Assembly: GCA_051453625.1 (NCBI GenBank)
Contig: JBOZIK010000001.1
Span: 3,606,631 to 3,670,630 of the forward strand
Direction of reading: 5' to 3'
Length of the DNA stretch: 64,000 nucleotides
DNA from: Welwitschia mirabilis
Lineage: Eukaryota
Shown: piece after piece, positions 14,889-28,120 of the stretch
How positions within the stretch are numbered: position 1 is the first letter of the stretch
Layout: each line of letters starts with the position of its first letter
Position numbers and translations under genes: made by a program
Notes under the pieces: generated by a model
The model's input: only the letters and a program-made list of their open reading frames with translations
Told to the model about the DNA's origin: nothing
The model's database searches: none

Positions 14889-16130
14889 ATGAAGGGGAGA
14901 GGGATAGAAATTAGTTTATAAGATTTAATGCTAAATTTTTTAAGGGGACATCAAAAAATTTTAATACACACTGCATAATAGATCTAGAATTTTAATTGTC
15001 TATATGATATATATTATGAACATTCTGTAGCAGATCATGTACTAGAGCTCAGTCTAGACAAGTATAGGTAGAGACATAAGCTTCTTTCTAGACTACCTTA
15101 GGATCTATTATAGCTCTAGAAGTTAAGAGATCCAAGCCATTTCATCCTCCTTTTCATTCTACTAGATCACAATTCATTCAGATGACATCTATCAGGGTAG
15201 AGAGGAACTTTAGGGATTTCATAAGGAGATTAGATCCCAAGGTCAATGATAGGCTAATAGAACTATAGTTAAGATGGATCCTAGATGCATGAAGTACCTC
15301 TTTAACTTTAGAGATGTGATAGAGCTATAACTCCATGCATATGGAGATACAACCAAATGCAGACAGCCACATGGTAGACATTATCATAGCTACAATCAAT
15401 GATTATGAGGTATCAATTATTATAGAGCATACTACTATGTGACGAGACTAGGTGGATTAGGTGGCATGCATATACATTTAGCAAGTGGTGAGGAAGATAG
15501 AAATATCATAGTATAATGTTGAACATTCCATCACATGTGAAAGGAGATAAGAGGAGAGTACTAGTTACACATCTTTCTCTAGCCTACAACATTTTGCATA
15601 AAGGATTCATCCATAACATCAATCTCTTCTTTCATGACAATCACTTCATAGTGGTACATCTACACATACTAGTAACATCTTATAAGAGAGAGTAAATAGA
15701 CTTGACTTTCTTCATATGACTAAGGTTAAGAGCTATGCTAGAGGCATGTCACATTCAACACTTAGTTTTCTGTATTTGTCTATAATCATATTTAGACATT
15801 TTAGGATTCTAGATCTAGTAGATGAGTAGCAGATTCCTTATTTATAGATCTATGCTTGCTACATGTAGGATATGGGCATACAGATTCTTAGGGATCTTAA
15901 GAAACAACAATAGTACATCCCTAGATCTATTCTAGAAGTGGTCATAATTGATTAGATACATGCTCTTCTTATATGTGTAGTTCAAGATATACATAAGACA
16001 ATGAATTAGGGCTTTAGTAAAATTAGATAGAGGATGATTCCATGAAGCATTAGATGAATAATATGAAGAGAAAATGTCAGCTCTAAGAAGTTGTATTAGA
16101 TAGATTAAGTAAGACATCAATATAGATCTC
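14889..16130 (+). pseudogene. Possible decayed second (accessory, Athila env-like position) ORF of A
   Basis: Coding-like, less AT-rich block between a long T-rich spacer and the PPT, where Athila elements carry an extra ORF. No diagnostic motif is readable. Confidence 0.3.
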
Positions 16131-16686
16131 TCAGAGATAATATGGGTTTAGTGTGAGAAGTTCATACATTTCATACAAATAATTATGAATACCCACTTTT
16201 CATTGAATAAAAAATGCCCTCCCTCTCCACCTTTTTCAAGTGCTAGAGTAGATTTTACTATAGTTCATCAAGGTAGATGATTAGTACTATCTTTTTATCA
16301 TACTCAAAAGCTTTTAAGTCATGATATCTATATCTCATAATGATTCTATTTTATCTTATCGATTTTGCAAACATTTAAGTGAGTTACTAGTATAATTTTT
16401 ATATGATTATATATTTTAGACATTTATTCATCAAGGAAAAATCAGTTTTCAAGCAAACAATATTAAGAAATCACAGAAATCAGTTTTTAAGACTATCATC
16501 TCCTACATCGTCTAAACAACATACTAGATGTCACATCATTTTTCTCATTTTTCATAAAGAAATGTTATATTGAGCTTATAATGATCAAGAAACCTATATG
16601 GTAAGACTTCTAGATTTTATTAATGCATTTAAATAATTAATTATTCTCATCAATTTATTTGCAACCTAGAATTATCTACTTTCTTT

Positions 16687-16716
16687 GTCGGGGACTGACA
16701 AACACTAAATGAGGGG
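16687..16716 (+). promoter_or_regulatory. PPT region of A
   Basis: gtcggggactgacaaacactaaatgagggg lies immediately before the 3' LTR and resembles the ggggac...ggggg pre-LTR motif of Athila/Tat elements. Confidence 0.55.
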
Positions 16717-16717
16717 C

Positions 16718-18093
16718 TATAGTATTTAATATCATGTTTAGAGTATGTTTTAGGCATATTTAATGGGTTTCCAAGATAAAAATGAAGAATTTAAATCTCA
16801 ATTAAGATGATCACATAAAACACCAACTTCGGAGATAATAAGCCCTTTTTGGACATATTTCATACTTCCTAGCTTTTCCAGAGAATCATGAATCTAGTGT
16901 AGAATGATGAATGATGATCAATAGATAAAATTACAAATAAAAATCTGTCCTTTATTTCATCATTTAAATGACATTTAAGTGGATGAGCAACATAATAAAT
17001 AAATAGAGAAATCTAGTTTTTGCTAACAATCATTCATCCTATCATCTAGATGATACTTAGGCTAACTAACAAGATCAAAAGAAATAAAACTTCTACATTA
17101 ACATCTAATAGTTATTCATATAATCATCTAGATAATAGCTAAGATGTCACTAAAAACATGAAATATCAACTATTATCAAGAAGATACATGAAGAACAAGA
17201 AGATATTAGAAGAAGAGATTAATTTATCATCCACCTGGTTATTCAAATAACACCCAAGATAATACCGAGAATATGAAAGTTAATCATTACTAAGAAGGTA
17301 AATGGAAGAGAAGAAGTTGATAGAAGATGAAGATCAACTATCATCCATTTTATCATCTAGATGATAGCCAAGTGGATGACATTCATAAAGAATACAAAAC
17401 AAACTCCATAAAATATGTAATCATTGATATGATGGCCATTGATTTATTACAACTCTTTGTTAACTCGAATAGTCATCCCAAATCTTGTAAATACCCATCT
17501 TAAATTTCTTGTTCTTTATATTCGGTGTGTCAATTGGTCTTATGATAATTTGAAGATCAATTGATTAAAGAATCTATCCTAGTTATAGAGAAGAACATCT
17601 CTTGGTATTGGGCTGTGTCTCCTTCATTAAGGATATTTTTCTTTATACATGGATGCATGAACACTATGATTAATAAAAATCATTTTATTTATTTTAAATA
17701 TTCTCTCTTATGATCTTTATATGTTATGTCAGAATTAAGTTAATTATATAAGATTAATTCTAATTTCTGATATAGTGTATGAGAGCCAACTTGAGTAATA
17801 ACAAATTTGTGTACTTGGTTAGGACTTATGTTTAGATTGCATCCATCTCTGTATTTTGCATTCATCTATTGCATCATTGAATTTTTATTAATTTATCATT
17901 ATAAAACTTAGAATAAAAATCATTTTTAGTAATCTTTTAACTTCTTCTTTAAAATTACTCTATAGAGTATGACATTTGGATTAACTCCAATATACTAGTG
18001 TGTTTTGTATGAGTTGTATTCAGATTTGTAGGTATCAAAGATAAATAATTCATTGGAAGAAAATATAGGGGTTAATCACTATGTTGAATATCA
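16718..18093 (+). repeat. 3' LTR of A
   Basis: Direct repeat of 8295-9692, ending ...gttgaatatca. The first ~15 bp look eroded. Confidence 0.85.
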
Positions 18094-19906
18094 ATAAAAA
18101 TAAAACCTGATACCCTTATGATATCATAAATTTTATAAGATAGATAAGAGATGAAAAATTAATACAATTCATTGAAAAATACCCTCTTATCAAATTGGTG
18201 TGAAAAGGTGTAAGCATAATTTCATTTAAAACATCAGTAGTATTATTCAAAATGAACATTTGAATATTATAAATATGATTGTACTTCTTAGGAGAATTGC
18301 TTAAGGCATGTTTACCATAACTAATAAATTCTTTAGGACTCAACTCAAGGCATGAATTAAACTCAATAAGATAATTCTTTTCTCAAATTAGAATTTCAAG
18401 TAACCCTACCTCATGTTTTTCAAAGGTAAAATCATCACAAGTCAATGTTAACTTAGAAGTATAAGATAGCATGATATTTGATTTTTACATGACGATATAA
18501 GAGGAAGACCTAGAAGATCATTTTTAATAGGAGTAGACTCTTCAATTTGGGTTGATTTATTGGTCATGCTAAGTTCATCCTCCATTGGATTTCATTGGTT
18601 TTTCATAGCTACTTCTTTATTCTTATCTTTATTTTTATTGTTATTATTACTTTTTAAACATTATCCTCATCATGCTATAAATGGTTGGATTCATCATCAT
18701 AAAGATTACAAAGAGAAATGTCATTTTCTTCTTTATATGTTAGAAGATTTTCAGAATTTTATTCATCATGTTTCAAAAGTGAATGGATAAGTTAGTCCAA
18801 AATATCTATGACATTGTCACCCGCATCCTCATTATTGTTCATTTATTGAGTCAAAACTATGCTTTTCTTACTTGGGCTATGCTTTAAAAGGATGAAAAAT
18901 TACCCTAAAAGGTTTATTATAGTATCATTATTTCTAAGGCTAGAGTTGGTATTACTTTGTATGCTAATCTCAATGTCCTATTCATTATTATCAAGATATG
19001 AAGTAGAAGATGTAGTGGAGTAGGCTTGAAAATGTTGTTCACTATAGATTTGAGTGATGACTTCTACTAATTTCTTTAAATTTTTACTAAGTCTCTCACT
19101 TTGTTGGGCTTCTTATTCACTTTGTTCCATACACTCATTAAGGAATTGTGATAGAGAATCTTCTTAATGATTTATTTCTTCTTCATATTATTCCATATGA
19201 GGAGGTTTAATGTGTTTAAATATATTATTAAAAGCTTGTTTAAATGAGTAAGAATTTCTATATGAGTAATATTCATTGGCATAACTATGTGTCGATTAAA
19301 AAGAAGTGGGTGGAAAATAAGAATTATGTTCTTTTCCCAATGCAAATTAGTTCTTCCTTTTAGCAATGAGTTTATGGAGAGGTTTTTTTTTCCTCTTTTA
19401 TAAAATATCTCTCTTAAAGATAATTTTTTAGTCATCTAAAAAAGAGAATAATAACAAATGTACTTTGAATAGTAACTAAGATAATCATCTATATCATATG
19501 AAGTACAAGGTGTAGATCACTCTTACTAACTAAGCATTACTAATATTAAAAATAAATAAGATAATTAAATAATTTCTGATGGCAATCTATAGGATCACAC
19601 TTAGTGTAGGAAGTGGCCTAATATGGTAATCTCCAAGATCACTCTAAGGCTCAAGAAGTATATTAATTAAAAATCTTAAAAAGAAAATTTGCAAAAATGA
19701 AACATAGACTATGTTATAGTCTAAGAAGTGTAATTAAAAAAATCTTATAGATTAAAATTTGAAATTAATGTATAACATCAAAATAAAGTAATATATTCAT
19801 ATAATAATTTCAATCGCAACCAAAGCTCACTTCCCATAATGAATTCTTTTTTATATTATTTTGGATAAGAAAATAGAATAGGATATTCTTTGAAGACCCA
19901 CTTTCC

Positions 19907-19927
19907 TCCCTAGAAATGGTGTTAAAA
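19907..19927 (-). promoter_or_regulatory. Decayed Athila-type primer-binding site
   Basis: The minus strand reads ttttaacaccatttctaggga against the Athila-type ttttggcgccgttgccgggga. Differences are almost all G>A or C>T, and the site abuts the LTR end (...catca). Confidence 0.6.
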
Positions 19928-21427
19928 TGATGTAGTTCATAGTGTAATGTTAGTAAATTATATACAAGTTAGTATTAAAACATTCTAAAGCATAATTATA
20001 GAAATACAACACCCCTACTATAATGGTGTGATTTAACTTAGATTTGTAAACTTTGAAAAACCTGAGTTGGGATGTCTTATTTCACTAAGAGACAAAGATT
20101 TAAAGAGAGAAGAATAGAATTTATTATTTTTTTGAATTATGAAAATAAACTAAATTAACAATGCAATGTTGTAAATGATATGATGCAATAAAATGAAAAA
20201 TGACTATGCTAGATGAATGAAATCCTAATGTAATTTGATTGATTAAACTTTCAATCTATTATCACTTAGATTGATCCATAAAAATCATAACATATTTCTA
20301 TTAGTGCCATGTTAATGTTGAAGAAAATATATCATAAAAAACAAGAAATAGAAAAAGAGAAGAAAAAACATACTTTATTATTTAATAAGTTACAAAGCAT
20401 GCTTACATCCTCTAATGAGCAATAACATTCGAATGGAGGAATCTTAGCCTAACACCAAGGAAAGCCCTTCTTAAAATTTGGATAGACCATTATTAATTAA
20501 TGCTTTAATCCTCATAAAATACCAAGTTAATATTAAGATAACAAATAAAGGATTTATAGAAGTATTATAGTTTTGGTTTGTGGTTGAGATCATTAAGAGA
20601 TCCAATGTGAAAGGCCACTTTGAAAGTTAAATTTTCATAAGGTTTAATTAAATTTTTAATAAATAATTAAATATCATTTTAACTTTTGTATAAATGGTAA
20701 GATGCACAATGGTGGTAACGCCTTCTTAACACTTGATAATTATCAATTTTAAATATTTTTTGATGTCATCCTGGATGTCATTCGGATGATGAGGTAGATG
20801 ATAGTATCATATTCGTATTTCCTTTTTTCCATGCTAGTTTTCCTCTAGTGTCATTTAAAAAATAGTTATGGGTAATGCTTCAACTACTAATAACTATTTA
20901 TCATGTTTTTTCATGTCATCCTTATTAAATTCCATTAAAAAGAACTATCTTTTAGATTATCATTTGGATGAACATAGGTGAACAATGGGTCTAAATTTCA
21001 AAATTATTATCTTTATGATGTTTTTGTATTAACTATCATCCTTTTGGAATCATTTAGAAGATGAGGTAGATGACTCTAAGGTAACTTGCTATAATAGCTT
21101 TTTGCTACAGTAACTCTGCTACAGTATTGTTATTATCCTATAGTATCATCTGGATGACTAGGTGGATGCTGATATAGTAACCTTTTACATGCCTCTGCTA
21201 TAGTAACTTTGACTACTATAATAACTTTAACTACCATAGTAACTGTACTATAGTAATTTACTATAATAATTTCATCTTGACAAATATTTGTTTTGATTTA
21301 AATTATACCTGATTTCATGCTTTTATTCTTAACATTAGAAAGTGGTTAAATTAATCATAAAACCTATAAATAAGATCTAAAACATAGTGTAAATAATATT
21401 TCAGATTGACAATTTGGCCTTGCAACA
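19928..21427 (-). repeat. 5' LTR of B (~1.5 kb)
   Basis: On the minus strand it begins tgttgcaaggccaaattg, similar to the starts of the A LTR and the 31078 family, and ends catca at the PBS. It shares cctaacaccaaggaaa with ~30460. Confidence 0.7.
21085..21270. repeat. Degenerate short repeats (tgctacagtaac-like) inside the B LTR
   Basis: tgctacagtaac, tgctacagta, tgctatagtaac, ccatagtaac, tactatagtaa, tactataataa in close succession. Confidence 0.6.
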
Positions 21428-24400
21428 CTTGGTTAATTTTTATTCACAACGATTCTCAAAATGAAAATTCTTAATCATATTACTAGTTTTTTTTTTCACT
21501 TTTTATTTTGAAAATATTAAAAATATTTAAATAATAAGATTTTAATCCCATAAAATACACCTAATCGAAGTGCACAAAATAACCTATGAATGATATAAAG
21601 TAGTAATATCCTTAGAGTATAGGGACTAGCATAGGACCACAAAGATGGCTTGAAATGAATAGAAGATTTTAATTAGCATATCATTTGCTATCATAAAAGA
21701 ATTACTATATTTCTTTATACATTACACATGCTCCAAATTAAGGAAAATCATGTGAAATTAAGGGTATAAATCAATGTCCATTCTCGCATATTATAGCTAA
21801 TGAAAGAAAATTAGAATAACCTAAGCAAAAATGCCATAAAAGTGATAGAAAAATTTCCTCTTATGAGATATGACAAATAATTTTACACATAATAATGCAT
21901 CCTTGAAGATGCATTATTTTTCCATTAATATAGCCTTTCATAATGATATTTTAAGAAGCATTAAAAATACTAATGAAATTCTTTGTCAAAGAAATAGAAT
22001 GATCTTCTTTAGCTAACCTTGAAATGGAGAGTGGATGTGATCTTAAAGATGGAACATATAAAACATGAAATAGAATTTAGTATGAGGGAGAATATAACTA
22101 AAAGTTAATTATACCATGACATTATACAAGAAATAGAGTTCTTTTGGCCAAATAAAGTTAATTAAACTATGCTATGAAGTCACCAAAATAGTCATGCCTA
22201 TATGCCATGTGCCTAGTTACACTAATATTTAGAATCTAATATTCCTCATAAGCTATGTTTCATTCATACATATAAAATCATTACTTTAAAACATGACATT
22301 AGATTCATTGCATTCAACATTATCTAGAGAATTAGAAAAATCAATAACTACATTTATCTTAGGAGTAGTTTTAATTTTATCCTAAGATATCTGATAATAA
22401 TTAGTGGTATAATATTATCTACCACAATGTCAATAGTAATATGGATTCTTCTTTGGAGTATAATTAATGAGATGTGGTTTCTTATTTAGTTTATATTAAT
22501 GGTATTAAGGAGGTAGAGCTACTTGTTATTTATAAAAAGCTATACCTTTGTTATAATATTTAACATTATAAGGGTGTCTACTTGAAGTGTGTTTGTTGGA
22601 ATGTAATCCACTGTGAAGATATTATACTTTGAATGTAGCTTTAAAAGACAAGGTATAATCAAAGTCAAACTATTTTATGACAATAGTAAGATTCTTATGG
22701 AGTGTGTCAAAGGTCATTTGTAAGAACCACTTCCTATCATGCAGTAACATAATGTAGCTACATAAATATGGATTCTCTAAACAAAATCTAAGTTAACATA
22801 CTATGCAAACTTGGTTTTATGGATTAATATTAGGAAATATTTTATTAATATTAATCACTTATGCAATTATTTTTTACATCTTTTCTTTCTAATAATGTAA
22901 TATATTCATGCTTATGTTGAAATTGATAAGCTCTAAATCATTCTTTAAATAGAATATATCTTGCATTATGATGATGTTTATGTAGCTAGTATTATAATGA
23001 TATACCAACATATCATGTTATGAAGCCATAAATTTTTTCATAAGTTTTATCAACTTATTTTTGATATACTTTTAAGTATTTTCTTTCTTATAATGTAAAG
23101 AGGAACATGCACTTACTCATAGAAATCAGATTTAGAACCATATATGCACATGCTGAACATGAAATCTTTATGTCAGTCTTTTCAACTTTGATCATCCTAA
23201 AGAGTGACTCTGATATTAGCCATTATTTCAGTTGTTAATACTAGTGTAAAGGAGTTTAACAAATATAAAACTTTTCCTTTTAGATTTTCATATTTGATAT
23301 AAAAGGAAGAAGGAATGACAAGTTATGAGGCATAGTTAATTTTCACAGGGATCTTGATCACATCCACAATTGAATGATGAATTTGTCCTTTACGTAAAGA
23401 ACAGTTATCAAATTAAGAAAATAAAGTGATAAGATAAAAAAAAAAATGAAATGATATAGTCTATTTAACAAGAAATCTCAATCACATCCACAAGTTTAAA
23501 CAATCTATCCAAATCATAATAACTTAAAAAATTTTGAAAAAGAGTCATCATAGAGAGGTATAATCAATTTGAAAGGGATTTTACTCACATTTATAAGTTA
23601 AATGATCTATCCAATCTATAAAAGTGTGACAAACTTTGATGAAACTAATCCTCTATCAATTACACATATAAGAAAAACAAAGTAATTTTCTTAAGAAATC
23701 CTTATGTGAATGGGGTCAATTTTAATAAAAAGAATCTAAATCATTAGATGATTAATTAAAAGATTTTTCAATTTTAGATATTGCTTCCAATCCACATAGT
23801 TATTATGTCCTATCCATGGGAGTAACCCTTGTCTCTAAAAGAAGCAAAAAAAGTAAATTATGAATTACATTAGCAAGGTAAGTCATTAATCTTTAGTGAC
23901 TTTAATTATATAAACCCTTTAATCCTTCTTTTCCCCCAAACGAGAGTATAGTGCAATGTTGATGATATACCTATATCTCAAACTTAATAAATTTTAAATT
24001 TTATTATAGTTATGCCTTCCTATCAACTTGGTGATGAAATCCAAATAGACCCTCTCTCTATGTTTTCAGTTGTCACTTATACACACTCAATTACCAAGGA
24101 ATGTGTAGGAATTTGAACCTCAAAATGCCTAGGACATTTTTAGTTAAGTGAGATATGTCTCTTCATATAGCTTAAACTATAAAGTTATGATAGTTAAAGA
24201 TTGCATAATAAGCTTATAAGATGGCACAACCTAAATATATCAATGTCTACATAAGGCTTCTTATGCCTATCATCAACTAAGGCATATTACTAGTAAAAAC
24301 TTTTATGTTGTTAAGGAATTAATAACTTTTAATTTTAAATCTTAATACATCTTACATATGAGTCGTGTTAAGCATAAAGTCAAAAAAAATACTAAAAAAC

Positions 24401-24860
24401 TAAAAAAGGAACTTATTTTTGGTATAGTTGAGTTACGTAAATATTGCTTAACATCTCAACTTACCTTGATCTATTTAAATAATAAGTGAAATAATGATCT
24501 AAGTGAAAAAAAAAAAAGTTAAGTGGATATTGCTCCGACATGGCTCTTCATATATCTCAAACTACATAGTTATGATAGCTAAAGATTGCATAGTAAGCTT
24601 AGGAGATAATACAACTTGATATAGATTAATGTTTACATAAGGCTTCTTATGCCCATCACTAATTAAGACATATTATTAGTAGAAAATTTTATGTGATTAA
24701 GAAATGAGTAACTTACAATTTTGAATCTTAAAACATCTTACATATGAGTGGTGTTAAGCATAAAGTCAAAACAAATACTAAAAAACCAAAAAAGGAACTT
24801 GGTTTTAGTATAGTCAATTTAAGTGGATATTTCTCCACATTCCAACTTTACTTGATCAAT
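21428..24860 (-). mobile_element. Degenerate Ty1/copia element D (same family as C), integrase interrupted by B
   Basis: Reverse-complement homology to 3060-6090. The minus strand reads GPMLVPIL*GYYYFISFIGYF (integrase) near 21570-21640 and stops just after the GGEY-equivalent at the B LTR. Confidence 0.8.
24155..24858. repeat. Tandem duplication of ~320 bp (24155-24471 / 24541-24858) in the D leader
   Basis: Both copies share ctcttcatata, aaagattgcata.taagctta, acataaggcttcttatgcc and acatcttacatatgagt.gtgttaagcataaagtcaaaa. Confidence 0.85.
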
Positions 24861-26772
24861 AAAGAGGAAGTTGGACTTACAATTATTAAGTTCACTTAAA
24901 AACATAAAAATATGACCAAAAAACTTACAAAGGCACTAAAAATTACATCTCCATTAAAGTAAGATAAACATTTTGCCAAAATTACATGTGTATGAATCAA
25001 CCCAAAAGCTAGCATAAGGGGGTTAGAACTACATGTGCATACTATAAGAGAAAAATGCTTAGCACAAAACCATGTACGCATAGACCCATCAAATAGCTAG
25101 TAAAAATGAAAAATAAAAATTTGCATGAATTAAGGTAGTTGGTATTTTGGATAGCATGCTTTTCAAAATTATAAAAAAGTTTAGTTAAATAATATCACAC
25201 TTAACATGCTATAGAAAACTTCAATTCAATTTGATTTAATTGTGCATTTGGAAGCTAGTCAATAAGCACGAAATAAACTATGAAAAAAGTAAGACAAATA
25301 TGACTTCAATAAAAATAGGATGGAGTTAGTATGAGATAATGATTCTAAATGGCCAACACATTGTGAAAGCTTTTAAAGCCTTAATGAAACTTTTAAGAAA
25401 TATATATTCTATAATGATACAAAGGTATTAAAAGGAATTAAATGTGCAAATTCAATAGAAAAAATAATATTAAAAACTAATAAGATAGAAAACCTAACTT
25501 ATGGGTCCATGATAAATAGTATTATTGGATAACTCTAAGTTTGTAACTTTACCTAAGGAATATCAGTGGGCTTAGATCCCCAATATCTCTTAGATGCTTA
25601 AAAAACTATAAATTTGGTATATTATAATGGCCTTAAAACTAAGATCAATGTTTGATTCATAATTTCTTTTAAAGGATAATAATCCTTTGATTGTGATTCA
25701 TGATTATCATGAGAAATCCTTACTTCTTTAGTTGTAAATTTTATATCTATTTGAATTTTTTTTAATCAAATCTATAGAGTAAATACAAATAATGATGAAA
25801 TCATATATCTCTTGAACGAAATATCTTTACAGCAAATTTAACTCATGTATGTCATACATTAGGGTTAGGATTTTAAGTGAAGATTAAAGTGGTAGGAAAA
25901 ATAGCCCAAAGTTATAAGTCTTCTACCTACAGATGTATGATTAAGACAAGGTAAGGATCTCAGTAATTTATCTTAGCATTAACAGAAGGATGATGCAGTT
26001 TGGAGGAGGTTATGGTGGTGACAGAGGTGATTATGACATAGGAAAGAGTCCTAAAAGAAATGGCCTTAAAGACAATTCATGTTATATTTGAGTACTTTAG
26101 CAATTTACCCATCAAATACTTTCATTGAGTTTCTAGAGGTTAATCTAGGCTTTAGATGTGAAGGTCTTATTCAAGGAATATTTCTATGTACTAGTCATCT
26201 TTCATAACACTATTAGAAAGGCCTTCAACATTACTAGTATTACTAGGCAATCAATAAAGTCCGCCATAATGAATTACTATGCTACAATAAAACTTTTTAT
26301 ACTAAAGAAGATGTGAAGTACACTTATTTATCTATCTAAAAAACGTCATTGTTCAAATGGAATAGTTACTTGGAAAGCCATTTTATAAACATCTCATTAC
26401 ACAAATAAGACTCAATATCATTGATTACTATAATAAAATTATCAATATGTATGCTACTAATAGTTTTATTTTGACTTCTTTTCTTATTATTCAAGTGCTG
26501 CAAAAGATACCATGAAGCTTCATGATAAGGAATAATAGCTTGTTATTAAAAATCTATAACCAAAGTAAAAGAAAAACTAGAAGACCTTCAAAATTAACTA
26601 AAACTTTAGATAGAAAACCTTAAAATTATAATGAATAAAAGAATAAAACTATGAACCCTAGATCTAACAAATACATCAAGTAGAAATGCAAAGATAGAAG
26701 AATATAAAAGGCATCCCAAAACATGTAAGATGGCATGAAAACTTCTTCAAAGACTCAGGAACATCAACTTAA

Positions 26773-26784
26773 GCTTTAATACCA
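26773..26784 (-). promoter_or_regulatory. Decayed tRNA-iMet PBS next to an LTR end (a further minus-strand LTR element)
   Basis: The minus strand reads ...cctaca-tt-tggtattaaagc (canonical tggtatcagagc). LTR-like sequence begins tgtagg at 26787. Confidence 0.6.
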
Positions 26785-27309
26785 AATGTAGGAAACTTCT
26801 TAAGTAAGAAAGAGTAATCAGCCCTAGAAAAACATCTAGAAAACTATTATCTTATTTTTGTCCTCTATTTCAAATGATAAAACCTGCTTTTATAGGAAAG
26901 CATACCTAACTAGATTTCTACTAGGGTTTTCATTTTATCTAAGTATATTAAATAATGCGACTTATTACTACCTAGGATCCTTATTTCAAATAAGCAATTA
27001 TCATTAATTAATGTCAATCTAGTGTTATACAATTATGTTGTATTTTAAATTTAACATATAAAAAAATAATAATAAAATATGATCAAACATAAGAATAACT
27101 CATCATTTAAAGATGATCATAACTAATGATGACATAAATAATGATGCCTTATCATTTATTAATGATAAATATTAAAAATGATAGATCATCATTAAGATAA
27201 TAATAACATGTTACTAATTCATTCTTAATATAAATTAAAGTTGTTGTTAATTAATTAATAATTAATCATGACTTATCATATCCAAACTATTTTACAATGA
27301 GTAGAAAAC

Positions 27310-28120
27310 GTGGGGAAAAAATTTAATTAGGCCTTAGCATATTATTAGATTGATGCTGAACTTTGAATAATATGAATTTAATTCTATACTTAATTTTCAA
27401 GATTTTTAGCACAAATAAATAGATTAAAAATTAATTAAGTAAATTAGTTAAAAAAACAAGAGTTTTAGAAATAGATTTTACTTAGGTAATGTTTTATTTT
27501 TATAAACATTTATAAATCTTGTAAAGTAATGCTACTAAATTCAAAAAAACTATATTATTGCAATTTTTTTATACAAATTTTTAAATAAACTAATTCAAGG
27601 CTTTTTATAAAGAAGTAAATATTATAGGTATCAATGCTTGTGATTTAATTTAATCACAATATTTTCATTATTTTAGAAGCTTAAATTCTATAAAATAGAA
27701 TTTAACTTACTAAAACCAATTTTTTTCCCTTAGATGTTGTAATTATATTAGAGGTGCATTAGTCATTTCTACTGAAACACTTCCATGTGATATAGGGGAA
27801 AAATTACATGATAGAATTAAAATGGCATAAAATGCTAAACTTAAAAGGATAAAATCCTAATTTCCATGTCATAAAAGTTTAAATTTAATTGAAAAATCAT
27901 TAGATAACAATGAAAATATAGTTTTAAAAAGCTTAGTTATAAGAATAGATTTTAAATTTGATTAAAAATTTATATAAAATTTATCATTTTTTGCAAAGAG
28001 TGAAGAAGTTTTAAGTCTCAAAATAAAATAGATAAATAAATTATAACCTTTAAAAATAAAATTTTAAGGTAAATTTGAGTTAACAAAAATAAGAATTTTT
28101 TAAGAAAAATGTAAAATAGT
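27310..28120 (+). pseudogene. Possible RT-thumb/RNase H remnant (caulimovirid- or gypsy-like)
   Basis: RFYLGNVLFL*TFINLVK ~27470, NIIGINACDLI* ~27620 (IIETDASD..W), CNYIRG ~27740 and NYNL*K*NFK ~28040 occur in the expected order, but all are very degenerate. Confidence 0.3.

Larger units (their letters stand above)
8295..18093 (+). mobile_element. Two-LTR Athila-like element A (~9.8 kb), apparently non-autonomous
   Basis: Direct repeats 8295-9692 and ~16718-18093, with tgttg...tca ends. PPT-like tract before the 3' LTR. No RT, RNase H or IN motif is recognisable in the sequenced interior. Confidence 0.8.
18094..21427 (-). mobile_element. Athila-like element B: 5' LTR, PBS, leader and decayed acidic ORF
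   Basis: The reverse complement of 18094-19180 aligns with A ~11260-12510 (catg.cttgagttg...taaacatgcc). An LTR and PBS lie upstream on the minus strand. Confidence 0.75.

Noticed and set aside
8540..21270. CRISPR-like array from the recurring palindromes
   Set aside because: Spacing is irregular, the units are short and degenerate, the context is eukaryotic LTRs, and there are no cas genes.
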